From an uncultured Planctomycetaceae bacterium (GTDB lineage: Bacteria; Planctomycetota; Planctomycetia; Planctomycetales; Planctomycetaceae), in contig CAWFGE010000007.1 in the NCBI GenBank assembly GCA_963815195.1, forward strand, positions 128,001 to 192,000: 64,000 bases of DNA, in the 5' to 3' direction. The notes under the pieces were generated by a model, which saw only the letters and a program-made list of their open reading frames with translations, was not told where the DNA came from and did no database searches. The translations under genes were made by a program, and so were the position numbers. This document shows, piece by piece, positions 23,648 to 32,326 of this stretch; within the stretch, counting starts at the first letter, position 1; the number at the start of each line of letters is the position of its first letter.

Positions 23648-24564
23648 CGAATTTCGATTTTGGCTTTCGCCCGCTGGGCTTTGACGGTCTCGTCCCAGAG
23701 CTCTTGCGAGAGCTGATTGAACACGACCGACCGCACATCTTCGAGGCTCAATTCGCCCGGCTTTCGCTCCGTAACGGTGACGAGATGCACGCCAAAGGGC
23801 GAACGGACGGGCTCGCTGACTTCGCCGGTTTTGAGCGCGAACGCGGCTTCGCTGACGGCGGCGGGAAGTTTGCCGCGATAGGAAATCCAGCCCGCATCGC
23901 CGCCCTTCGTCTTGGAGGGGGCATCGGAGTATTGCCGGGCCGCGTTTTCAAACGACAGTTGACCGGATGCGATTTCCGGCTTCAACAACCGCAGCTTGTC
24001 CTCGGCGGTTTTGACGGCCTTGGCATCGGCGTCTTTGGGCAGCTTGAGAAAAATCTGCCGCACCCGCACCTCGGTCCCGTCGAACTCGGCCCGGTGCTTT
24101 TCGAAGTATTGCCGCAACTGCTGGCTGGTGACGATCAGCCGCAGGTAGGCTTTCCACGTCAAAGGCAAGGCCAACTCCCCTTTGAGCGTCTCGCGGGTCA
24201 TGCCGAACTTGGCGAGCAGTTTGTCGGGGTCGTCGCCGCTGTCGCGGATGAGTTTGAGCACCCGCGCCACTTGCTCGTCGAGTTCGGTTTGGCTCGGGCG
24301 GGCTTTGCGGCTTTGGAGGAACTCCCGCATCAACTGCCGCTCGATGAGGATGTCGAGAAAGCGTTTCTTGACGGCTTCGGTTTGCTGCTCGGGCGGGATT
24401 CTGCGGGAATGCAGGAGAAAATCCAGATCTTCGCCCGTGATGGAGGTTCCATTGACGACCGCCAACACCCGGCTTTCATCGGCCTGTCCCCACAAAAACA
24501 ACGCTGGGACGAGGGCCATCGTAACCAGTGCAAAACCCAAGATGATGCGGAGGCGGTTTGGCAT
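23644..24564 (-). CDS. PpiC/parvulin peptidyl-prolyl isomerase (PrsA/SurA-like)
   Basis: N-terminal anchor, VLAVVNG, FENAARQYSD, GGDAGW and VSEPVRSPFGVHL. Confidence 0.9.
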   Translation of the reverse strand: MPNRLRIILGFALVTMALVPALFLWGQADESRVLAVVNGTSITGEDLDFLLHSRRIPPEQQTEAVKKRFLDILIERQLMREFLQSRKARPSQTELDEQVARVLKLIRDSGDDPDKLLAKFGMTRETLKGELALPLTWKAYLRLIVTSQQLRQYFEKHRAEFDGTEVRVRQIFLKLPKDADAKAVKTAEDKLRLLKPEIASGQLSFENAARQYSDAPSKTKGGDAGWISYRGKLPAAVSEAAFALKTGEVSEPVRSPFGVHLVTVTERKPGELSLEDVRSVVFNQLSQELWDETVKAQRAKAKIEIR

Positions 24565-24640
24565 GGGCGTTCCTTCGGGCGTCTCAATTCGCGGTGCTTC
24601 GGTCCATCATAAGGCATGGAGAGCCGGCGGGAAAAGCCGG

Positions 24641-25042
24641 TTAGCGGCGGGATTTCCGCGAGCGGCTGCGGCGGGCGACGGGCAGCCATTCCGATTCGGA
24701 TTCGTCCCGGTTGTGCGGGCTGTGGCGGTGGGTGCCGTGGGCGATCATCCGCCTTTTGGGAATCAGCCGTTCCATCCGGCGTTCCAAATCGTGAATCATC
24801 CGGTCGCACGCCCGGCGGGCCGCTCGCAGAACGAGCATGTTGGAAATCTTCGTCCCCACGATGCTGACGACCAGCCCCGCGAGCGTGAGCGAGACCGCCC
24901 AACTCATCGTGGCCGCGGGAATTGATCGTCCCACGAGCGTCCCGGCCAGAAAGCCCAACAGCAAAATGGTCGAGGACGGCCCGATCAGCGGTCGGCTAGG
25001 ACGGGGGCGTCGGCTCGAAGGATTTATAGCGGATGCGGTCAT
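24641..25042 (-). CDS. Hypothetical two-TM membrane protein
   Basis: MTASAINP start, two hydrophobic segments and a basic tail. Confidence 0.55.
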   Translation of the reverse strand: MTASAINPSSRRPRPSRPLIGPSSTILLLGFLAGTLVGRSIPAATMSWAVSLTLAGLVVSIVGTKISNMLVLRAARRACDRMIHDLERRMERLIPKRRMIAHGTHRHSPHNRDESESEWLPVARRSRSRKSRR

Positions 25043-25201
25043 AGCGTTGTCCCGGCGGGGTTTGAAGTTCGTCCTTAAGGAAATAGATCGAAAACCGCGG
25101 CCGGTCAAAACCGTGTTGCCTTCCGGCCACAAACAAGCGATGATTTTCGGCAACATCAAACGGTTGGGCCGGTTATTCCGGACCCTCAAACAGGAGGCGG
25201 C

Positions 25202-27118
25202 GTGTTTTTAACGAGGGCGATCAAGCGGCCGGCGGCGGGTTGGCGGGGGATGGTCCGGCAGGTGCTCCGGCGGGAGGATTCGCTCGGCCGGCTCGCCGAG
25301 GAGGAACTGCGAAAGGAAAGCCTCAGCCTCGCGTACCGGGCCCGCACGGGCGAAGCCTTGGAGCGGCTCTTGGTTCCCGCGTTTGCCCTCGTCCGCGAGA
25401 CGGCCCGGCGGCGGCTGGGAATCTCGCATTATCCCGTTCAGATCCTGGGCGGGGTGGCGCTTCACTTCGGCAGCATCGCCGAGATGCAAACCGGCGAAGG
25501 CAAAACCTTGACCGCCGCTCTGCCTTTGTACCTCAATGCCCTCTGCGGTCGCGGCGCGCATCTGGCGACGGCGAACGATTACCTCGCCCGCCGCGATGCC
25601 GAACTCCTCCGGCCGGTTTACGAATCGCTGGGCCTTCGCGTGGGCGTCGTGCTCACGAACATGTCCCGCGCGGACCGGCAGGCGGCCTATGCTTCCGACA
25701 TCACCTACGGCACGGCGAAAGAGTTCGGGTTCGATTTCCTCAAAGACCGCCTGCTCGAGCGCCGGTTGGCCGAGGGAGAGCGGGACGTGCTGGGGCCGAT
25801 GCTCGGAAAGCCGACCGCGCGGGCCGCGATGGATCGGCCGCTCCAACGGCAGCTTTGGTTCGGCCTGGTTGATGAAGCGGACAGCGTGTTGATCGATGAT
25901 GCCCGCACGCCGCTGATTTTAAGCGCCGTGCCCACGAGCCATCTCCGCGCGGTGGAGGCGGCATTCGGGTGGGCCGCGGAATCTGCGGAGCAATTCGCGG
26001 AGCCGGAGCATTTTCGCCTCGACCCCGACAATCGCACCGTCCGCCTGACCGCCGCGGGCCGGCGATGGACGCGGTCGCTGCCCAAACCGCCCGCGATGCA
26101 GCCGTTGGGCCAGGTGGAGATCTATGAGTACATCGAGCGGGCGATCAAAGTTTTGAAGGACTATCGCCGCGATCAGCAATACATCGTCCAGAACGGCGAG
26201 GTGGTGATCGTCGACGAGAGCACCGGCCGATTGGCGGAGGGGCGGAAATGGCGCGACGGGGTCCACCAAGCCGTGGAAGCCAAGGAGAGGCTCGCCATCA
26301 CGCTGGCCACGACCAATGCCGCCCAGATCACGGTGCAGCAGTTCTTTCGGCTGTACCGCGGGTTGGCGGGGATGACGGGCACAGCGATCCCGGCGGCCCG
26401 CGAATTTCAAAAGGTGTATGGCCTCAAGGTCGTGCCGATCCCCACGCATCGGCCCTGCCAGCGGCTGAACATGCCCGACCAGGTTTTTCGCCGGGCCGAG
26501 GACAAATGGAACGCGGTCGCAAAGAAAGTCGAGCGGATGCACGCCCAGGGCCGGCCGGTATTGATCGGCACGCGGTCCATCGACAAATCCGAAGCCCTCG
26601 CCGCGTATTTGCGGGAAGCGGGGATCGACTTTGCCCTCCTGCACGCGAAGCACCTGGAAGCCGAGGCCAACATCGTCGCCCAAGCTGGTCAGCCCGGGCG
26701 GGTGACGGTGGCCACCAACATGGCCGGCCGGGGGACGGACATCGAACTGGGCGAAGGCGTCGCGGAGCTCGGGGGCCTCTGTGTGATTTGCACGGAACTC
26801 CACGACTCGGCCCGCATCGATCGGCAGTTGATCGGCCGCGCCGCCCGGCAAGGCGATCCCGGCAGCTTTGTGCGAATCCTTTCCCTGGAGGATGAAGTGC
26901 TCAACACCGCTTTCGCGCCGGAAGAATCCCGCCGCCAAACAGCCCCGCTCGAGCAATCCTTTTCTCCCGACGCCGCGGTTCGGCTCTTGGAAAAAGCCCA
27001 GCGGCGGGTCGAGCAGAAGCAAGCCCGCGGCCGGCGGTTGCTGCTCCACTACGTCAAACGTCGCACCGAACTCCAAAAGCGCATGGGCCAGAACCCCTAC
27101 CTCGACACGCCGGGCTGA
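25202..27118 (+). CDS. secA: Short SecA paralog lacking the C-terminal wing and tail
   Basis: EMQTGEGKT, DITYGT, VDEADSVLIDDARTPLILS, GMTGTA, VATNMAGRGTDI and RIDRQLIGRAARQGDPG; only 638 aa. Confidence 0.85.
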   Translation: MFLTRAIKRPAAGWRGMVRQVLRREDSLGRLAEEELRKESLSLAYRARTGEALERLLVPAFALVRETARRRLGISHYPVQILGGVALHFGSIAEMQTGEGKTLTAALPLYLNALCGRGAHLATANDYLARRDAELLRPVYESLGLRVGVVLTNMSRADRQAAYASDITYGTAKEFGFDFLKDRLLERRLAEGERDVLGPMLGKPTARAAMDRPLQRQLWFGLVDEADSVLIDDARTPLILSAVPTSHLRAVEAAFGWAAESAEQFAEPEHFRLDPDNRTVRLTAAGRRWTRSLPKPPAMQPLGQVEIYEYIERAIKVLKDYRRDQQYIVQNGEVVIVDESTGRLAEGRKWRDGVHQAVEAKERLAITLATTNAAQITVQQFFRLYRGLAGMTGTAIPAAREFQKVYGLKVVPIPTHRPCQRLNMPDQVFRRAEDKWNAVAKKVERMHAQGRPVLIGTRSIDKSEALAAYLREAGIDFALLHAKHLEAEANIVAQAGQPGRVTVATNMAGRGTDIELGEGVAELGGLCVICTELHDSARIDRQLIGRAARQGDPGSFVRILSLEDEVLNTAFAPEESRRQTAPLEQSFSPDAAVRLLEKAQRRVEQKQARGRRLLLHYVKRRTELQKRMGQNPYLDTPG

Positions 27119-27128
27119 TGCGAGTGCT

Positions 27129-28289
27129 TCATGCGTGACGGGCGGGCGGGTCGGATTGCAAGGATTCTCGCCCGGCGGACAGAAACTCCACCGGAAGCTC
27201 GGTCCGGCCCTCCAAAGCCAAATCCGCCAAGGCCTGGCCCAAGACGCCGGTAAACTTAAAACCATGCCCCGAAAAGCCGGCCCCGATCGCGACGTTGTCC
27301 CACTCGGGATGGCGGTCGATGAAAAAATGCAAATCCGGAGTCATCGTATACAGGCACACGATGTGGCGGTGCATCTTCGGCTCCACAGAGGGCAGACATT
27401 CGCCGATGAACGTTTCGATTTGCTTTTGATCGGCGGAATGCAGCGCGCGATCCACCGCACCGGGGTCGGCCACCGTCTCGCCGCCCGAGTGCTCCGCGAG
27501 CTTCAGATGCCGGCCGCCCGATCCCGGCAGTCCGTAAAACACCCCGGTGGGCAGTTCAAACAAAAACGCCGGCATCCGAGCCGCGTTTTCTTGAAACTCC
27601 TCCCGCAACGGATACCAGAACACGGGCTTTCTAAGCACCCGAAGAGGCAATCCCAATTCGCCCAGCACTTTTCCCGCCCAGGCGCCGGCCGTGATGATCA
27701 GTTTCTTCGCTTCGTACTCATTCCGGTCGGTGCGGACTTTGACGGTCTTTCCATCGCTCGACCATTCGAGAGCGGTCTCGTTGGTTTTGAGCAAACCGCC
27801 CCGCCGCTGCGCTTGCTCGATGTGCGATTGCACGCAGCGCTCCACGAACAAATATCCGGCATCCGGTTCGTGCACCGCGGAGAACTCCTCCGCAAAGTTA
27901 ATGCCAGGGAACTGTTTCCCGGCTTCTTGGGGCGAAAGCTCGTCCAAATGCAAGCCATGCTGTTTTGCGGAGATTTTGGCTCCGCCGACGGCTTCGCCAT
28001 CCGCAGGACCGGCCAAGAGGACGCCCGCCAACTGCATGAGAGGCTCGCCGGATTCCGCTTCCAGATCCCGCCAAAGATCGTAAGCGCGAATCGCCAGCGG
28101 GACGTAATTGGGATGCTCGAAATAGGCTTTGCGGATGATGCGGGTCTCGCCGTGCGAGCTGCCGCGGTCGTGGGCGATGCCGAACTGCTCGAGGCCCAAC
28201 ACGCGAACGCCGCGCTTCGCGAGATGATAAAACGCCCCGCTCCCAAACCCCCCGACGCCGAGCACGATGCAATCGTAAGTTTCACTCAT
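27129..28289 (-). CDS. solA: N-methyl-L-tryptophan oxidase / monomeric sarcosine oxidase family
   Basis: GVGGFGS, GSSHGETRIIRKAYFEHP, CLYTMTPD and GFSGHGFKF; start MSETYD. Confidence 0.88.
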   Translation of the reverse strand: MSETYDCIVLGVGGFGSGAFYHLAKRGVRVLGLEQFGIAHDRGSSHGETRIIRKAYFEHPNYVPLAIRAYDLWRDLEAESGEPLMQLAGVLLAGPADGEAVGGAKISAKQHGLHLDELSPQEAGKQFPGINFAEEFSAVHEPDAGYLFVERCVQSHIEQAQRRGGLLKTNETALEWSSDGKTVKVRTDRNEYEAKKLIITAGAWAGKVLGELGLPLRVLRKPVFWYPLREEFQENAARMPAFLFELPTGVFYGLPGSGGRHLKLAEHSGGETVADPGAVDRALHSADQKQIETFIGECLPSVEPKMHRHIVCLYTMTPDLHFFIDRHPEWDNVAIGAGFSGHGFKFTGVLGQALADLALEGRTELPVEFLSAGRESLQSDPPARHA

Positions 28290-28312
28290 GGATTGGACCT
28301 GTCGGCAAGACG

Positions 28313-29692
28313 TTACTCTGTGGAGTGATGGTTCTTCTGCCGCTCCGCATACATCGCGCGGAAGCTTTGTTTGGGCATCGGCGGCAGTTCGCGGCGTCGG
28401 CCCCAGGCGTTCATGCGGTTGTACGTCAAAAACCGGGGCAGCTTGGGCAGCGTGAAGCGGGCGAGCCAGCCCAGGCTGCGGTAGATTCGCGGATGCCGAA
28501 ACACGAAGCCCGCGAACTTCATCGACCAGCGTTTGCTCCAGGCGAGTTGCCCGCGAACGTTGATCTCCCGCCGCCAGGTGAGGAGCTGATGATGCAGATC
28601 GATCTTCACCGGACAAACATCGGTGCAAGACCCGCAGAGGCTGCACGCGAAAGGCAGGCTGGAATACGTTTTAGAATCGCGGGCGGGGTTCAAGATCGAG
28701 CCGATCGGCCCGGGGACCGTCGCTTCGTAGCTGTGGCCTCCGCTGCGGCGATAGACGGGGCAGGTATTCATGCAGGCTCCGCAGCGAATGCAGTTGAGCG
28801 AGCGGCGGAAATCGGAACTGCCCAAGATGTCGCTGCGGCCGTTGTCCAACAGAATGATGTGCAGTTCCCCGCCGGGTTTCGGGCCGTGGAAATGCGACGA
28901 GTAGGTCGTAATCGGCTGCCCCGTGGCCGATCGCGCGAGCAAGCGGAGGAACACACCCAAATCCTCTGTGCGGGGAATCAGTTTTTCGATGCCCATGCAG
29001 GCGATGTGCAAGTTCGGCAGCGACACGCCCAAGTCGGCGTTGCCTTCGTTGGTGCAGACGACGAACCCACCGGTCTCGGCGATCGCAAAATTCACCCCGG
29101 TGATGCCCGCGTCGGCCCCCAGGAATTTTTGGCGCAAATGTCCGCGGGCCGCTTCGGTGAGGTACTTGGGATCGCTGGCCCCGGCCTTTGTCCCCAAATG
29201 CTCATGAAACAGTTCGCCGACTTCTTCCTTTTTGATGTGGATCGCCGGCAGCACGATGTGGCTGGGATGTTCGTGCCGCAACTGCACGATGCGTTCGCCG
29301 AGGTCGGTGTCGATGACTTCCATCCCGTGCCGTTCCAGAAACGGATTGAGATGGCATTCCTCCGTCAGCATCGATTTGCTTTTGACGATCTTTTTCGCAT
29401 TGTGTTTTTGGAGGATGTCGAGCACGATCTGGTTGTGTTCGGCGGCGTCTTTGGCCCAATGCACCGTCGCCCCCTGCTGCTGGGCGTTTTGTTCAAACTG
29501 CTCCAGATAATCGCCGAGCTTGGATGCGGTGTGCTGCTTGACCTGGGACGCAAGTTCCCTAAGGGTTTCCCACTCCGGCAGAGAATGTGCGCATTTGTCC
29601 CGCTTGGCCCGCACGAACCACAGGGCTTTATCGTGCCAATGCGCGCGGTCTTCGTTCTGGGTGAATTCTCTGGCTAACGTGGCGTGAGACAT
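28313..29692 (-). CDS. lutB: Lactate utilization Fe-S protein LutB/LldF
   Basis: KSKSM, TDLGE, TNEGNADL, CIRCGACMNTCPVY and CSLCGSCTDVCPV. Confidence 0.93.
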   Translation of the reverse strand: MSHATLAREFTQNEDRAHWHDKALWFVRAKRDKCAHSLPEWETLRELASQVKQHTASKLGDYLEQFEQNAQQQGATVHWAKDAAEHNQIVLDILQKHNAKKIVKSKSMLTEECHLNPFLERHGMEVIDTDLGERIVQLRHEHPSHIVLPAIHIKKEEVGELFHEHLGTKAGASDPKYLTEAARGHLRQKFLGADAGITGVNFAIAETGGFVVCTNEGNADLGVSLPNLHIACMGIEKLIPRTEDLGVFLRLLARSATGQPITTYSSHFHGPKPGGELHIILLDNGRSDILGSSDFRRSLNCIRCGACMNTCPVYRRSGGHSYEATVPGPIGSILNPARDSKTYSSLPFACSLCGSCTDVCPVKIDLHHQLLTWRREINVRGQLAWSKRWSMKFAGFVFRHPRIYRSLGWLARFTLPKLPRFLTYNRMNAWGRRRELPPMPKQSFRAMYAERQKNHHSTE

Positions 29693-29720
29693 GTCGGGCT
29701 AAAACAGATTAAGATTAAGA

Positions 29721-30515
29721 TTAAGAATAACTGCCGTGCGCCGGTGTCTCTGCACTCGCGAGGATCTCCGCGACGTGCATGACGCGGATGGGTTTGTGCT
29801 GCCGGCGGATGAGGCCTTCGAGGTGCATCAGACAGGACATGTCGGCCGCGGTGAGCACTTCGGTGCCGGCTTGTTCGTGGTCGTGGATGCGGTCGTTGCC
29901 CATCATGCAGGAGACGGCTTCCTCGTTCACCGCGAACGTGCCGCCGAACCCGCAGCATTCATCCGCACGCTCGAGCTCGGCGAACGTGATGCCCTCCATC
30001 GTCTCAAGCAATCGGCGGACTTTGTTGACCGACTCTTTAGCCAACTCGCTCGCCGATCCCAACCGAAGTTCCCGCAGCCCGTGACAACTCTGATGCAGTC
30101 CTACCTTGTGCGGAAATCGGCCTTCGATTCTTTCGACCTGGAGGACATCGTGCAGAAATTCGCAGAGTTCGTAGGTCTTCGATTTGAGTTCCTCAAAACC
30201 CGGCCGGCCCGAAAGAAATTCCTCGTAATGCTGCCGAACCATCGCCACGCAGCTTCCCGACGGACAGACGATGGCATCGTAAGGCATGAAGAGCCTTAAA
30301 AACTTCTCGGCGAGCGGGCGGGCTTCCTCGGTGCAGCCGGTGTTCGCCATCGGCTGACCGCAGCAGGTTTGCTCGGCGGGGAAATCGATCTCGAACGCTT
30401 GCCCTTCTCTCGCGGCCCATGCCGAGCCGTACTTCTCCAACACGCGAACCGTCGCCAGGCCCACGTGGGGGAAAAGCTGGTCAATATAACAGGGGATAAA
30501 CAAACCAATCCGCAT
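29721..30515 (-). CDS. lutA: Lactate utilization CCG-domain protein LutA/LldE
   Basis: QTCCGQP, PSGSC, HQSCH, ECCGFGGTF and DMSCLMHL. Confidence 0.93.
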   Translation of the reverse strand: MRIGLFIPCYIDQLFPHVGLATVRVLEKYGSAWAAREGQAFEIDFPAEQTCCGQPMANTGCTEEARPLAEKFLRLFMPYDAIVCPSGSCVAMVRQHYEEFLSGRPGFEELKSKTYELCEFLHDVLQVERIEGRFPHKVGLHQSCHGLRELRLGSASELAKESVNKVRRLLETMEGITFAELERADECCGFGGTFAVNEEAVSCMMGNDRIHDHEQAGTEVLTAADMSCLMHLEGLIRRQHKPIRVMHVAEILASAETPAHGSYS

Positions 30516-30716
30516 GAAACCTACCGGCAGGTTTTATCTGGTGAGGTCAATCGTCGGTCTTCTTTCCATATTATAGTGCCCGGAGCCAGGGAAGCGAACC
30601 GTTCCTCCGTTTCGGAAAATTCGAGGGGACGCTCGCCGAATCGAGCGAGACTTCTTAAAGTAATCACTTTCTCTTGATATGACTTCTCAGGCGAATGCAA
30701 CCAACGAGGAACGAAC

Positions 30717-32122
30717 GTGGCGGAAAGTCCGAAACCGGTGCCCGAAACCGCGAACAATGAGGAAGAAGGGGGAAGCCTCGTCTGGCTGTTGGCCACGATG
30801 GTCGCCATGGCGGGGTGGGGGTTGTGTCACGCGCTGGGCTGGACTTTGGCCAGTTTGATGTTTGCCGTGATCTTGATTTCGATCGTCATCAAAGAAGCGT
30901 GCGACCCCTTCGCCGATGCCGCCCAATGGGTGGGAGACACGTTTCACATCCCCGGTTCCGTGCGCGGGGCCACCTTGGACGCCATCTCCAGTTCGATGCC
31001 GGAACTCTTCAGCGGGATTTTCTTCGTCGTGGTGGCCTTGGGGGCGATTACGCAGCCGGACGTGACAGAGCGGCCTTTGACCGCAAAAGAGATGCAAAAG
31101 GCCAAAGAAGAAGCCGGCGCGGAAGGCTATGGCTCGACGATCGCCACCTGCGCCGGAAGCGCGGTTTATAACATGATTTTGATCCCCGCGTTTTGTGCCT
31201 TGTTCATTTCCTACTACCGGCCGCATCGGCCCACGATCGATATCGAGAACGAGGTCATCGCCCGCGACGGGTTTTGGTCCGTGGGCTGCCAGTTTTTGCT
31301 GATCGTGTTCTTGTTCCAAGACAGCATGCATTGGTGGATGGCCATCGTGTTCTTGGGGCTTTATGTCATCTATATTTTGCAACTCGTGCGCGACGCCCGC
31401 CGCTACCGCCGGCAAATGCGACTGGTCACGTCGCGGCTCGAGGCCGTCGGCGTGGAGGCCTCCAACACCGAAGTGATCGCGAACCTGCATGCCGAGGATG
31501 TCTCCGTTTCCAAAACGATCGTGGACAAAGCCCGCCAACGCTTGAAAGGCGAGGACGAAGAGGAGGAAGAGACCCCCGAAAGCGCCGGGGCCTTGTTCGG
31601 TTTTTGGGGGATTCCGCTCCACGGTATGTCGGCGACGATTATCCTCCTCGTCTGCACAATCACCGCGGCGACGGCGTGTTACTATCTCGTCGAAGTCACC
31701 CGCGAAACGGCGGTGCAGTTGAACGTGCCTGTGTTTTTCGTGGCGGTGATCATCGCGGCGGCGGCGTCTTCGGTCCCGGACACACTGCTCTCCATCGGCT
31801 CTGCCAAACGGGGCGACGATTCGGCGCGGTGTCCAACGCCTTCGGCTCCAACATTTTCGACATCTGCGTCTGCCTGGCCATTCCCCTGCTGGTCAATTCC
31901 GCCCTCAACGGCTGGGAACCGGTGAGCCTGCTCCAAGACGGCGAACCGATGCATGGCCTCGTCGGGCTGCGAGTTCTCTTGGCCGTGATGACCGTGGTCA
32001 CCCTGGCCATCATCTGGCACAATCGCCAAATCACCCGCAAGAAAGCCTTCATCCTCTGCGGGCTGTATTTAATCTTCATCGGCTATGCCGTGCTCGGGTC
32101 CCTGGGCATCCTGTTTGATTAA
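30717..32122 (+). CDS. Na+/Ca2+ (CaCA) antiporter; frameshift near 31824
   Basis: Alpha-repeats GATLDAISSSMPELF..GSAVYN and AAASSVPD..GAVSNAFGSNIFD, the second completed in a shifted frame. Confidence 0.88.
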
Positions 32123-32147
32123 ACCCGCCGGAATTGAGATACTACGC

Positions 32148-32303
32148 TGTGAGCGGAAGGGCGCTAGCCCCCGGTCTTTTCAAAGCAAAACTCATATTCC
32201 AAGACCGGCGGCTAGCGCCGTGCCGTTCACGTTTTCCAAGACCGGCGGCTAGCGCCGTGCCGTTCACGTTTTCCAAGACCGGCGGCTAGCGCCGTGCCGC
32301 TCA
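32148..32303. repeat. REP cluster: one inverted arm plus three tandem 37-bp units
   Basis: The unit TTCCAAGACCGGCGGCTAGCGCCGTGCCGTTCACGTT starts at 32197, 32234 and 32271 (third copy partial); the inverted arm is at 32148-32177. Confidence 0.9.
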
Positions 32304-32326
32304 AAGCCCCCAACCCCTGCGGATGG

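Noticed and set aside
29708..29730. (TTAAGA)n microrepeat, and a similar (TTCCAAG)n near 11102
   Set aside because: Only 2-3 units at gene ends, with no evidence of function.
32197..32303. CRISPR-like 37-bp repeats
   Set aside because: The units are contiguous with no unique spacers, no cas genes are present, and the unit matches a dispersed REP family.
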